Shown piece by piece: positions 22,247 to 36,200 of a DNA stretch of 64,000 nucleotides. Numbering within the stretch: position 1 is the stretch's first letter; the number at the start of each line of letters is the position of its first letter. The stretch is taken from positions 1,302,001 to 1,366,000 of the forward strand of contig OZ218960.1 of the NCBI GenBank assembly GCA_965112735.1, written 5' to 3'. Position numbers and translations under genes: made by a program. Under the pieces are notes generated by a model. The model was given only the letters and a program-made list of their open reading frames with translations, made no database searches and was not told the origin of the DNA. This stretch comes from Phaeosaccion multiseriatum. Its lineage: Eukaryota > Protista > Ochrophyta, other classes.

Positions 22247-23295
22247 ATGGAGGGGCCCAGGCGCCACAAGGGGGTGAGGAAGGCAAAAAGCGGCGCCAGG
22301 GATGCAGAGAGTGATGCCGCCGGGAGGCGCAAAAGCGCGCTGGAGGGACACGGGCCGCGCCGCAGCGGGGGGCGGTACAGTGGAAGCAAAGGGGGTAGGT
22401 CTATACGAGGGATTCGAACGGATGGTCAAGCAGAGACAGAAGGGGAGTTAGGCGGAGAAGGGCAAGAGGGGTCGAAGAAGGACATTGGAGTGAAGCTGAG
22501 GATGTGGGACTTCGAGCAGTGCGATGCCAAGCGGTGCACAGGGAGGAAGCTTTGCAGAATAGGTCAGTCGCTTAAGGAAGAGGGGAGGAAGAGCTGGGTC
22601 GCGTATGCAGGCTTTTTATGTCTTCCTTTCTCATTTCAGTGCCTTCTAACGACGGACCTCCCCCTTCCTCTCTCTGCAGGCTATGTCCAGGAGATGGAGC
22701 TCGGGGCCCCCTTCATGGGCCTTGTGCTAAGCCCCAACGGAGAGAGGACTGTATCGCCTGCAGACAAGGTATAGACAGAGACAGACACAGAGGGGCCGCT
22801 CATTCCCCCCATCTTTCGCTTTGCTTGTCTCCCTCTCCTTGCCCCCATCTTCCTTCCTTCCTCCCTTTCTAACCCCATCATTGTCGCCATGGCACTTGTG
22901 TGTTGTCTGCTCGCAGTCTATAGTTGCTCGTCTGGGCATGTCCGTCATTGACTGCTCCTGGGCCCGCCTCGACGAGATTCCCTTCCGCCAGATGAAGAGA
23001 GGTGAGCACCGACTGCTCCCCTTCCTAGTGGCTGCCAACCCAGTCAACTACGGGCGGCCCTTCAAACTGTCGTGCGCCGAGGCCATCGCGGCCACCCTCT
23101 TCATCACAGGTATAGAGGCAGGAAGAAGAGGGAGGGACGGGTGTGGGAGAGTGGGTGAGGGGATGGGATGGGGGTGAGGGGTGCGGGCTCTGCGTGTGGT
23201 GGGCGCTCGTTTGGGGGGCTTCAAGGAGCCAAGCCCCCCCCCCCCCCCCGAGCTACCTTCTCGTCAGGCTTAAGCTGAAGCAAAACGCTCAATTT

Positions 23296-23333
<38 letters not shown>

Positions 23334-24124
23334 TCCTTTCTCTCTTCCTTTCTCACTCTCTCTCCCCTGGTACCAACCAACTAGGCTATCCAGAGGCGGC
23401 GGAGGAGGTGATGGATCAGTTCGGGTGGGGCCCGGAGTTCCTACGAGTCAACGCCGAGGTGTTGCTGTTGTACGCCCAATGCAAGGATGGGAAGGAAGTG
23501 GTGCAAGCGCAGCAAGACTACCTCAACAAGTGCGACCTAGAGGCCAAGGGGAGAAAGGAACACACACGAGACATGGGAGGAGGAGGAGGAGGAGGAGGAG
23601 GAGGAGGAGGAGGAGGAGAAGAAGGAGGAGGAGCAGGAAGAGCAGGAGGGGGTGGTAGTGGTTGTGGCGGTGGTGTGGGTGGGATAGAGGGGACCAGTGG
23701 CATTAGTATTGGTGGCATCCCTGACAGAATGCTGCCGCCCGGCTACGACGATGAGGTGTACGGAAGTAAGGAGGGCGGGGCGGAGGACGGTTACGGCGGT
23801 TACGGAGGTTACGGAGACGAGTATGGAGACATGGACTCGGATGAGGAGGGAACTGGTGCGGGAGGAAGGATGCCTCCGGAGGGCGAGACGGGAGGCAAGT
23901 GGGAGGTGGATAAGATGGGCAACGATGTATATGTCAGGGCGGATGGGACTGTTGTACAGGTAGTGGAGGAGGAGGAGGAGGAGGAGGAGGAGGAGGAGGA
24001 GGATGATGATGAAGATGAAGAGGAGGAGGAGGAGGAGGAGGAGGAGAGAGGAGAGGGTAAGCGGTGGCGAGGAGAAGAGGAGAGACTAATACGAGGAGAG
24101 GAAGGCAAGGGTGGGGAGGATTAG
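22247..24124 (+). CDS. TSR3: 18S rRNA aminocarboxypropyltransferase Tsr3, with an acidic/Gly-rich C-terminal tail
   Basis: [70 protein letters not shown] and [11 protein letters not shown] across GT-AG exons. Confidence 0.95.
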
Positions 24125-24582
24125 CTCATCTTACGTTCGACGCTTACGTCCGTGTGAATAACCCCCCTCCCCCACCGGCCGCGGTTTCAGCGTCTGGCCT
24201 CTAAGGGGGAATATTAATGTGGGAAAATGGAACTCAAATTTATAACTTCCAACTCTCTCACAAGGGTACTTCACGTAAAAAGCATGCTGTTTACTTTTAA
24301 GTACTTTTCTCTCTCGTCTGTGCCCTCACCAACTCTGCTTATAAATGCGTGTCCACTGTGTGAACCTCTCAAATTAGGGAGTTTGAGTAAAAAAGGGGCC
24401 TCCCCCAATACCTCCTCCTACACTTGAGGGGTGTCTTAGGTTCAGTGCTGGGTACGTTCGTGACGCCACCGATGACCCTAAGAGACGTGTCACTTGATGG
24501 CGAAGCATGGGGGGAGATGGAAGAGAGGCCCTCCATTCAGTTCCAAGTGCTGACAAGTATGCTATACCCTCCCCTCCCTCCC

Positions 24583-27500
24583 TCAGTTGATGAAGATGGG
24601 CCCAAGCACAAGCACCGTTGTGGAGAGCAGCTTGATGACGACGTGCAGGGAAGGACCTGCAAACCAAACGAAACAAGCAAGGGAGGGTAGGTAAGAAACA
24701 CAACCAAACAAGGGAGGGTTGGGTTGGATTGGTAAGCGTGAGGTGTCGTCGTTTGACCTCCATACTCATTAAAACAAATGGCAAAATCGACCTTTCATAT
24801 GACCAAAATCGTTCCCAAAAACCCTACCGGGACAAGGGAGGGTTGGATTGGATTGGTAAGCATGAGGTGTCGTGATTTTTTTCAGGGACAGAAGGGCCTG
24901 GGTATAGATAGATAGACCTCCCTCACCCCCTCCCTCCCTCCCTCCCTCCCTCCCTCCCTCCCTCCCTCCCTCCCTCCCTCCCTCCTTGCCTGCTGTGTCC
25001 TTGAAGGGATCTCCCACGGTATCCCCTGTGATGGCCGCTTTGTGTGCCTCACTGCCCTTGCCTCCATAGTGACCTAACTCTACCCACTTCTTGGCGTTGT
25101 CCCAGGCGCCCCCAACATTATCCATGAAGAGCGCCATCATGATGCCCGAGACTGCTCGCGGATGGCAGCAGAAGACAAAGAGCAAGGGCAAGGGCGGGCG
25201 ATGAGAGAAAGAGGCCGACAAGGAGAAGACAGTGGAAAGGAGGGAGGGAGAAGGAGGAAGGAGGATCGAGAATCGGCCAGCCAGCGAACGAACAGGGAAG
25301 GAAGGAAGGGTGGAAGGACACTACTCACCCGTCGCGAACATGAGGTAGCTCGCCAGACACTGGGCCCCCAGCATGGGTCTGTCTGTATGGGCCCCCACCA
25401 CCCGAAAGGTCAGCCCTGTGGCAACGGGCATGGCCACGCACAGTACGCCCGGGAAGCGCATCTCCTTCAGGGCGGCTTGCGTGACGAGCTCCACACACTT
25501 ACGGTAGTCAGGCTTGCTTTCAAAGGTCAATATGCCCGGATACTCCTTGAATTGCCTCCGTACTTCGACCACCACCTCTCCTGCTGTCTTGCCCACTGCG
25601 GCAACGGCCAGGCCTGTGAACCAAAAGATCATCATGACTCCGAGGAGGCCGCCTATTAAGATCTCAGGCACAGCGATGTCCACATGTTTAAAAGGTTCGC
25701 CCGTGAATTCTTTAGAGCCGGAGGTGAGGGGAGGGGGCGGGGAGAGGGGGGCATGGAGGAGGGAGGGAAGACGCAGCCAGAGAAGCGTAGGTAAGTGTTG
25801 GCAGTGGTTAGAGCTTTAGCAGCGGCATCGGCGGTTGGAGGAAGAGGAGGAAGAGGAGGAGGAGGAGGAGGAGGAGGAGGAGGAGGGGGAGGAGGAGGAG
25901 AAGGAGGAGAGGAGGAGGAGGAGGAGGAGGAGGAGGAGGAGGAGGAGGAGGAGGAGGAGGAGGAGAGCTACCCACCACTAAATTCATCCATGAAGGCCCC
26001 GAACAACAAGAAACATGCGAGCGAAGCGCTGGCGATGGAGTACCCCTTGGTTATAGCCTTCGTGACATTTCCCGCCGCATCAAGCCTATCCGTTATGTCC
26101 CTTACTCCCTCAGGCTGCTGTGACATCTCAGCTATTCCTCCTGTGAAGCGAGAGAGCGGACGAGTACAACCAGCGACCACAGTAGTCGGAAAAAAGAGCA
26201 AGCAGCAGCAGCAGCAGCGCCATCAGGAGGGGGAGGAGAAAAGCAACAGATGGCATAAGGTGAATGTGGAGGCGGTGGGGCTTGCAGGGCGGGCAGCAGA
26301 TGAGGCGGATATACACAGATGGAAGAGAGAGGGGTGGCAGTGGATGGCACAGGAGATCAGAGGGATGGTAGTGGATGGAGCAGGGGATAAGAGTGACGGC
26401 AGGGGATGGAGCAGGAGGTAAGAGGAGCAGTCATACTCGGGGTGGAGCGGTAGACCACGGTGGGGGGGTAGGGGCACACGCTTTCCTCTCTCTTCCTCGG
26501 GCTATTACCTGCGTTGTCGGCTATCGGACCGAAGTTGTTCATCGACAGGACGAACACTAAAGAGGTGAGAGACAAAACGTAGGGGGTTGGGGGGATGGGG
26601 AGAGAGTTGGGGGTCGGGCAGGAGGTCTGCTGTCCCAATGCATGCGCCCCATCTCCGTATCAGGCGCACAGCAGCCAACACACATACAACACCTACACGG
26701 GACGGCACTGTACACCCACCCACCTGCGCATGAAAGCATCCCCATCGTGGCTACTGCGGTACCAAAGAGGCCTGCATTGTGGCCCGACCCAACTCCACTG
26801 GTGCGGCCAAGGTGGTAGGCGACCAGGACGCCAACTGAAACCGTCAAGCAAGGCACGACCGTGCTCTTCATGCCCACCGCCACACCGGTGATGATGTTGG
26901 TGCCGTGGCCTGTGGTGCTCGCCTCTGCGATGCTCTGCACGGGCCAGTACTTGTAGTCTGTGTAGTACTGCGTGCTGAGGATGATAATGTAGGCGGTGAC
27001 CATACCCGCCAGTCCACAGCCGGCAAAATTCTTCCACGCCCCGGGCACGCCAGGGACGTCCAACAACCACTTCGTCAGCCCCACAAACCCCGCAAAGCCA
27101 CACCCACACGCCACTCGGTAGCCCCTCGTCAGCTGCTCCATGGGATCGGCACCGCCTCCTCCTCCTCCTCCCGCCACCCCTCCTGCGCCCCCTGCTCCCC
27201 CTCCCCCCCCTCCTCCTCCGTGCCCTCTGCCGACCACGTAGATACCAATGCCGCTCACAATGAGGTCCATCGCATGTACACAGACAGGGAAGAGCATAAG
27301 GCCCAGTGGGCTCTCCAGCCCAATCTCGCGCGCCAGCGTCGAGCCGAGTATCATGGCCCCAATCATCTCTGCTGCGATGGATTCGAACACGTCAGCTGAG
27401 CTTCCACAGCAGTCGCCAACCATGTCTCCTACAAGATCCGCAATCGTTGCCGGATTGCGCGGGTCGTCCTCAGGGATTGAGTTTTCGACCTTACCAACCA

Positions 27501-28404
27501 AGTCGGCACCGACATCTGCGGCTTTGGTGTATATACCGCCTCCCAGTTGCATAAAGAGGGCCACGAACGACGCTCCAAAGCCGTACCCGACCATCAACAC
27601 GGGAATGTCTGTGCTCTCCAGCACCCCTCGCCACACGTACCACACGTAGAGCGACACGAAGAGGGACGCCACCCCGGCCACGCACAGAGTAATGTCCAAC
27701 ACTGCTGAGAAGGCTCCTCCCCTGAAACACACCACGAGTGCCTCTGCGTAGCTGTAGCGCGCAGAGCTGGCCACCCGAATGTTGGTGTGCGCGCTGACCC
27801 ACATGCTGACATAGCCCGCCACGGCAGAGCACGCTGCACCGATGAGGAAAGACCAGCCCCCGAGCAGCCCCATCTGGGTGTTACCGAGTGCCGTGACATG
27901 ATTACTCTTGGACTCGGGTCGCAGCACAAAGCTCAGGACGATGAATGTCATGACCACGGAAGCAATCTTGGCAATGGCAGTATACTGTACCTTGAGGAAG
28001 CCTTCCGCACCCTCCCTGATGGGATCTGCCACTGCTCTCATCTCCTGGGTGCCGTCGTCCATGCTCATGACCGCATCGCAGAGGTACTGGGCGAAGACGG
28101 CCCCGCCCATCACCGTGCACATGACAAGGACCATAGGGTACACGGTCCGGGGGAGCAGTAGTAGGAGCAGCAAGCCTACACCTAAAATAAAGCCCATACA
28201 TTTGCGCGTGTCGAAGGGCAGCCGGATAGGGGGCCGGTGATAACTCTTTCCCTTTGATACGTCCCCACGAAGCTCCCCACCTCCCCCACCGCTGCTGTTG
28301 CTGGTACCGATGCTCCCGATCCCACCCATCTCTGGGTCATTGTTACCGTAAGACACTGCGTTGCTGCTGTTTCGCCTGTTCACACCTGGACTCTGGTGCC
28401 GCAT
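24583..28404 (-). CDS. Membrane H+-translocating pyrophosphatase, type II (AVP2-like, K+-independent)
   Basis: [57 protein letters not shown] (Lys at the K+-dependence determinant), [25 protein letters not shown]|PSLHVVIKL. Stop TGA at 24583-24585. Confidence 0.95.
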
Positions 28405-28639
28405 GGTCTGCTGCTGCTTTCACCCCTTCCCAGTATACAGCACAATGAACTGAGGAGGAGAGAGAGAATGTTGCTTCTACTCCCAGCTCTTTCTCTTATA
28501 CGTATGACCTCCCTGCGTTGCACCTCAGACAAGCACGACGCAAGCAGCAGGGGAGGAAGGAAGAGAGAGAAGGAGGAACAAATAGGGCAGATGGCACCAT
28601 ACGCTGACCCCACCCTTCCACTTTATTTTGCCTCCATAC

Positions 28640-31349
28640 ATGCCTCTCAACACTGTCCGGACGGTAGCTTTGGGATGTACACTTAGGCAGGAGCTGTTCA
28701 CAAGAGCAGGCAGTGCTAGCTACAGTAGTGGCAGTAGCCCGGATGGAGGGAAGGATGAGCTCGAGATCCTGGTGGGAGAGGTCGTGCGGAGAGGCCGTAG
28801 CATGCAGAAGCATCTCGAGAGCGAGGGCTACACGGTGCAGGTAAGAGGTGGTAACGGGGTGGTGTCGGAGCCAGGACTTGCAGCTGTGGATTCTGCCTAA
28901 CGAGCCCGTGGCTGCTGCCCTTCCTCATCAGCACAGCCTCTGCCGCCGTCTCTCCCCCCTCTCCCACCCACACAAGGTCATCGCTCGTACCGCATCACCG
29001 GATCGAAGCAACCTTCGTTTGTAGTGGAAGGTGCCCCACCTCTATGATCCCTGCGTTCATGTCTAACATATGTCTTCTTTATTTTTTCCCTCTTGTTGTG
29101 TGATCCGCCCTTTCCTTCCCTTCAACCAAAACCCTTCAAACAACAGACCCTGCGCTTGGTCTTCAATCCCTTTGGCGAGTGGTTGGACTGCAGCAGCAGT
29201 GAGCGAGCTCTCGCGCAGATGGCCCTCCTCGGCCCCCTCCTCCAGGTAAGGTGGGCAGGGCCAGGGTCAGGGCCAGGGTGAGGGTAAGGGTCAGGATCAG
29301 GATGAAGGCTAACAGCAAAGAAGGAGAACGAGACAGCGGGACACGCGGGCTCATCCCTTCTTCTATCCCTGACCCTCCTACCTACCTACAATGCGTGTGT
29401 GAAACATTCAATCCAATGACGCCTATTGCTGGGACGGCACATATTTGCAACCCCCACCCAATCACTTGTCGCTTGTCCTTGCCGACCCGTCAGAGCGAGG
29501 ATATCCACTTTTGCAGCATCGGCCCCGCGCGTACACCGCAAGAGGCCTCCGTGCTGGTTCCCGTTCTGACACGCTGGAAGATGGTCAGTGCCTCTGTCGC
29601 CGTGGGATTCGAGCCCACCCTGGGGCTGCCAGACCTGGGCATGATTCATCAGGCAGCGGCCATTACGCTGGCCCTCGCACAAGGGAAAACAAGAAGCAAT
29701 GGTGGTCGTGGTGGTGATAGCGGTGGCAAGAAGGAGGCGGGTTCCCAAGTCGACGAGGAGGAGGAAGCAGGGGGGGCAAGAGGCGGCGGGGAGGAGGAGG
29801 AGGAGGAGGAGGAAGAGGAGGAGGAGGAGGAGGAGGAGGAGGAGGAGGAGGAGGAGGAGGAGGAGGAGGAGGAGGAGGATACGACTGCAAATTTTCGCTT
29901 TTGCGCGAGCTTTGCGGTGAAGGGCGGTACGCCTTTCTTCCCCTCGGCCTTCCACACTCCTCTCTCCTCTCCTCCTCCTCCTCCTCCTCAGCCTCCACTC
30001 AAACACCCCCCTCCCTCGAATGAGGGTGCAGCATCAGAATCAGCCTTGATCGCAGCGGCAGGATTGGCAGTGACGGTCGGGACGGAGAATGGGGCTCTTC
30101 TTCTGGACTGCTTCCAAGAGGCACAGATTCAGGCTGCTGCTGCTGCTGCGGCGGCGGCTGTATCACCAACTGCTGTGGCTGCTGTTGACACTCCTCCCGT
30201 GCGTAGCAGGGGTGAGGAGAGCTCGTGTGGAACATCTGGCGAGGAGGTCGCAGAAGACCACCACCAGCAGCGGCAGCAGCAGCAACAGCAGCAATACTGC
30301 ATAGGTCAGGGGCAGCAAGGGCTCCCAGAGAAGGTGTTGCGACTCGGCTGCGGGCTCTTCGCTGAGCGACTGAGCTCGGCAATGCTCTCCTTGGAGTGTG
30401 CAGTGAAGGAGGGTGCGGCGGCAGCTGGGGTGGGCTACGGGGGCTTAGATACGTCATTGGTGCCAGGCCTCAGCGAGGAGGGAAGCATCGCCCGAGCTAT
30501 GGAGTGTGTGTATGTCAGTGAGGGTGCGGTAAGCGCCACCACCACCACCAACAAGAAAAGGCCCGCCGACGACAACGTTGCATGTATCAAGGGCAGCAGG
30601 GTGATTGGCCAGGCTGGCTACACTCTCGTGGCCTCGGCCCTAACACGTGTACTGCAGCGAGTGCCTGTGCGGCGTGTGGGCTATTGCGGCCTCATGTTGC
30701 CAGTCATGGAAGACCTTACCTTAGCGGCACGAGCCGCGCAGGACCCACCCTGCTTTACTCTAGCGGACCTACTCAATCTCTCCGCCGTATGTGAGTGGAG
30801 TGAGGAGAGTGGAGGCGAGGGGAGAGGAGGGGAGGGGAGGGGAGGGAGCGGAGGGAGTGGAGGGACGGGACGGGAGTGGAGTGGAGTGAAGCGAAGAAAA
30901 ATGAAGGGGAGTGGGAGGAAGCCCTTGGTCTACTTCCTTCAAGACGGGGAGCGGGAGGCCGGGAGCAGGAGAGCTCAGTAAGCTCATAGCTCTCTTCTCA
31001 AGTCCTTTGCCCACTTCTGTCACCCCGCCAGCCTCGCTCCACCCACCCACCACTCCCTCCTCGCTGAACATCTTTGTCGCCGTTCCCGCCCATCCTTGCT
31101 CCCTCCACCCCCCCTCCCAATAATATGGAACCCTTCTCAGGTGGAGTAGGGTTGGACACGGTACCTATATCTGCAGAGGAGGAAGTGGATGCAGTGGCTG
31201 CACTCATGGGTGACGTGGCGGCGCTGGCTTTTCGGTGGGATAAGCCGCTCACGTGCCGCCTGTTGCCCATTCCAGAGGCCGAGGTGGGGCAACTCACCCA
31301 GTCGAAGAGCCCTTACTTGTGCGATACCAAAGTGTTCCGCATCGCATGA
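28640..31349 (+). CDS. DUF711 / UPF0210-family protein with low-complexity insertions
   Basis: N-terminal VRTVALG, GYTVQ|TLRLVFNPF, GLDTSLVP, RVGYCGLMLPVMEDLTLA, LSAVC|GVGLDTVPI, DVAALAFRWDKPLTCRLLPIP. Confidence 0.85.
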
Positions 31350-31648
31350 TGAAGAACAAGAGGCACCAGAGCTCCCCACAAGAAGCACTGTGATCGGCTT
31401 GCAATGACGAGGAAGGTGTTTTGAGTGCTGCGCGTATGTCAACAGAAGGCAGGGCAGAGGGAGGCAGCCCTTCTGCTTCTCAATGTGGACTCCTCCACGG
31501 CAAGGTCATACAAAAATGAAGCTACGCTCTTTACTCATCTTTGTTATCCCGCTGGTCGATGACGAAACACGAGCCAAGAAGAGGTGCCTCGAGCAACAAA
31601 CCGCCCCCATAAGGTCTCACTACACGGTTACAAGCCCTCCGCTTTCGG

Positions 31649-32513
31649 TTACAAGCCCTCCGCTTTCTGCAAGGCTGTGCTGCCCGCGGCATGTCTAGAC
31701 CTTCGGGAAGCGGACCTTCTCCGAGCATGTCGCCTCCTCCTGTCGGCCGGGCTCAGATCCGCTTCGGAACTGTTGGTTGACAATCGCTGCTGCAGAACGG
31801 TCACTTTGAGCATGTTCTCCACATCGTCCAACGTCTCGTCGTCGTCGCTGCTGTCGAAGAAGGCTTCCCGTTCGTCACCGCGCCTCCTTCCCCTGGTCCT
31901 GCTGCTGGGGCTTCGCGGGGAAGCGACTCTATTACTACTAGCCTTGCAGGCCATTCTGTGCTTCCTATAGTCTTGCCTGCTTGTTGCGGCTTCCCCCTCC
32001 TCTACGTCGGCGTATACGGAGGCCCGCCCTCCTCTGCCTCCTGCTGCTGCTGCAGACGATGCGCCTCCTTTGCGCGCCGTCTCAGCTCCTCGATTGACGC
32101 TGGGCCGTGGTGATCTGCCAGAGAAGGCTCGTCCGTTACCGTCGCCGACACTTGGCACCACTCGAATGCGGCTGCTGCTGCCAGCAGTAGTCGCCGCCCC
32201 GCTTGGTACAGAACTTTTCGTACCACCAGCTCCGTGACTATCTCCTGCTGCCCCCGTACTGCTCTTCTCATCCGCCCGGCTGCGTCTACTTTTCGCTTTG
32301 GCCTGCTTGATCTTCTTCTCCTTCGCCAGATCCGCTCTTCGCTTGTCCACGCGGGTACTCATCAGATTCACGCTCAAGCGCACATTGACGATAAAAGTCC
32401 GATACCACAAAGTCCGCATGAGTTTCCGGGTAGGAGCGTACCTCTCGCGGTCCAAAAGCTGTACGCACATAAGGACACACACACACATACACACACGCAC
32501 ACACACATACACA

Positions 32514-32562
<49 letters not shown>

Positions 32563-33229
32563 ACGCAGAGGAGACGACGTCATTGGATTCTTCCGAAAAG
32601 GGGAGATGCAGAGCTTAGAGCAAGACAGTGCGACAACAGCGACGAGTAGCTAAGACGGACCTTTCGCTTCCTTTTCAGCTCAGCCTTTTGCTGGTCCTGC
32701 TTGGCCTGGTCAATCTTGTACGTGGGAGCACAACGAATAAAAACCTATACCCGTTCATGGGAAAGAGAGGAGGGGAGAAGAGGGGACCAGCAAGAGCAAG
32801 ACAGGCGTTGAGGAGATGAAGGTGGCCGTTGGGGCTGAGTCTAGGCACCCAGCAAGGCCAGCAGTAGCAGCAGCATGAGTAGCCAGGTTACGGAAACCGC
32901 CGAGGTCCCGAAGAAGCACTTCTCTCCTTGAACGCACCATAAGGGACCAGAAGGCCTGCCTGCCCGTCGTGAAGCCCATGTCCAAGTACAGCAGCATCAC
33001 TGGGAAGGAGTGGATGGGAGGGACGAGGGAGCGATTCATTTTGTGTGAGACTGACAAGGGCAAGCGAGTAGTGAAGAGTGCACACGCACACGCACACACG
33101 TACACACACGCACACGCGCACACGCACACACACGCACACACGCACACACACACACCCACTCATACACACATACACACACATACACACACATACACACGCA
33201 CACACACATACACACACATACACACATAC

Positions 33230-33270
<41 letters not shown>

Positions 33271-36200
33271 CCGGTGATGGTCAAGGTCAGCATGCTCATG
33301 GAAATCATGAGAGCATATACTTCTGCGCTGAGGCTATCGTCAAACTGTGACGCGACGAGCAGCCCCAGCGTCATGCAGTTACACAACACGTAAAAGCCCT
33401 CCACGACGTTGGCCAGTAGGTTGTTAAAGGGTCCCACCACCGCGAGGGCCACAAGCTCTCCTAAGCCGCAAACCAAGAAGATGAAGGACGTTGCCTGCAA
33501 AAGCGATGAAGGGGGATGGAGGGCAAGGGCGGGTGGCAAGGTGAGAGCCACTCAGCGGCAGCGAGTACCGCCATGTCGAGGCGACTCTCCCCCTGCTGGC
33601 GCGCTGTCAGCAGCCAAGCAAACGCCAAGAAGCAGCGGAGGATTGTGGGCGCATGTCCTATCCTGTCGCCTGCCTGGCGTCCTTCCTCCCCTCTTACTCC
33701 TGCTTGTACGCCAATACAGTACCTTCGTTTCTCCCACTGCCCCCGCCACCACGCCCAGCACGAGGCCTTTGGCCAATATCACGAGAAGGTGCTTGCTTCC
33801 CTGTGAACACATCCACCAGGCGGACGGACGGACGGACGGACGGAAGCGCAACACAGACAGCACAAACGGGGTGAGGAGTCAATTCGTGGGATACCGCTTC
33901 ACTGAGGCCCTGAAGCCCTTCGCGCCCTCCAAGCCGAGCAAGCTCAAGCCATCTATGACGGACCTGTCGAGTGTACTCAGAGAAGAGGGGCTCGTAGCCA
34001 ATGCGCATGCGGCGTAAATTGATACGACTCGTTTCGTTCGCTTTGGTATGCCACTCCCCCCGCGCGGCCCTTGTACAATAGCCGGAAGATTGGCACCGAA
34101 GGAGGGCAACAGAAGCCACAGGCGAGGTGGGAGGGAAAATGATCGTCTCTTTAGACAGAGGGGTCGCAGATGAAGGGCCAAGCTGGTGATGGAACGATAG
34201 AGAGGGAGGGAGCGAGAGGACAGGACACAGCTGGGGAACGGACTTACCAGGTAAAGATGGATGTTCCTTCTTTCCATGCTCGCTTGAGCCCTCGCCATGC
34301 CCTCGTTCGAAGAGGCATGTTAAGACGCTGTTCCCAATTGAGAAATAGGGGTTGTTCAAGGGAGGAAGGTGGGGGGTGAGCGAGACAGAGACTCTCGCCT
34401 CTGCTGTCATGCTTCGCAGTCGACTGCCGTAGCTACGGAATGAATTTGTTCAGCAGGCGTTCCCATCCCCATGTCCCGCTCTTGCAGACGGACTCTCTTT
34501 GCTTGAACTCACTCACCACTTGGCGCTGGTACTCCTCGTAGTTGCGGTAGACGAGAGGAGCCGATTCGGCCACCACCTGCACAGGAGGAGAAGGGAAGGA
34601 AAGGGAAGGGGAGGGGAGGAGAGGTGAGGGAAGATGAGACTGCGTGAGGTGAGCGAGGCAGGGGAACACCATTGGGGCCCGAAGTGGGCGACACTGCGCC
34701 ATTCGTCTGATAAAAGCTTTGGCCGCAAGGAGCGAGGGCTTTCTGGAAGGCTGCCCTAGGGTACTCACCATTCGATGGATAACATTGTAGATGCTGTAGA
34801 GGAGCAGCACAGGGAAGCAGAGGAAGGACACCAAAGCCATCGCGGAGATCTTGGGGCAGCTCCCCCCTAGCACAATTGCTTCGCTCTGCCGGTGCATGGG
34901 CGTGGGAATGAGTAAGAGGCGGGGTCAAGAATGGGATAGCCCAGCGGTGATGTCCAAGCTCCTCTGCACAAGCGCTGCTTACCTGAGCCTCGACGGCCCC
35001 CTCGAAGCAAAAGAGAAGCCACAGTATCTCGATGTGCTGGGAGGTGCAAAGGGCACAGCAAAGGCGTGAGAGCCCGACGAGGACGCAAACATTGAGGGTT
35101 TCAGGAAGGGAGAAAGAGAGAGCAGCGCCGTCTGCTCGCTACGCACCGGGATGTAGATAAGGTAGTGAGGGTCTCGGCGCATCAGCTGCAGAACATGCGC
35201 TGTAGTGACCACATTCGCCTTTGAGTCGGCCCTTGCAACGGCTTGGGCATCAAAGCCGTCTTCTTCATCCTAAGGTGCGTGGTGAGGGGAAGGGCGGGAC
35301 GAGACGCGAGTTGTGATCAGAGGCGAGCGACGCTCACGTCAACATCAATATCGAGAGAATCGAGAACGTTGTGTCAACTCCTCCGCCGCCGCCCTCAGCC
35401 AGTGGGGACGATTCCCTAAACTCATCTTCAAACCACTCTCACCATACTCGTTCTCCTGACACCCAACTTGTCGTGGATGGCTCGGGTACGCATGAGCTGC
35501 TCCTCGTTCTTGGTCATTTGCTTGGTGCGCTCGACGGCGAAGATTGCTGCCTCTCGGTGGGAGATCCAGAGGAGATGCACAAGGATCAGCACCAGCAGAA
35601 GCCCGAACACCTGAGGACGAGCAAGAGAGGCGAGGGACGATGAAACGCAGGAGGGGGCGAAGGTCAACTCTATGGAAGACCAGCAGTCGAGCCGACTTCC
35701 CTAAGCTCATCTTCTGTACTTCGGGGGCACACAAGAAGCTGTACTTGCCATCGTGAAATTGCCCAGGAATTTGTTAACGCTCTCCCGACCATCCTCGTCC
35801 AAGTTGCTGCTCACAGGAAGGAAAGAGAAGGAAAGGGAAGCCACGCATGTACAAGTGAGTTGGGGGAGGCCAGGGCGCCAGGCACGTGGTCCGTTACAAA
35901 AGCTCAACCCAGAGAAAGGACAGTGGGGCAAGGACACAAGAGACAGACAGGCACCATTCTTTTATAAAGGATGACAGAAAGTGGAGGTGATGTAATTCAA
36001 GTGTTGCTCTCGCAGGCATCATCCACCATCACTGCGTGGAGGGACTGCAGCTCGTGCCACACTCACGTGCACACGGTCGGGAACGACACGATTCCCCACA
36101 GATTGAACTTGTCGAAAGACGCCGCTAAGGCCCCAAAGCCGGGCAATCTCGCCGGCTGAGAAGGGGGAAAGAGAAAGGCAGAAGAAGGGCCGTGTTCAGT

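Noticed and set aside
494-28404. Polyphosphate/acidocalcisome gene cluster (DUF202 plus H+-PPase)
   Set aside because: The genes are 23 kb apart with unrelated genes between them, and the PPase is the type II form; co-location is probably chance.
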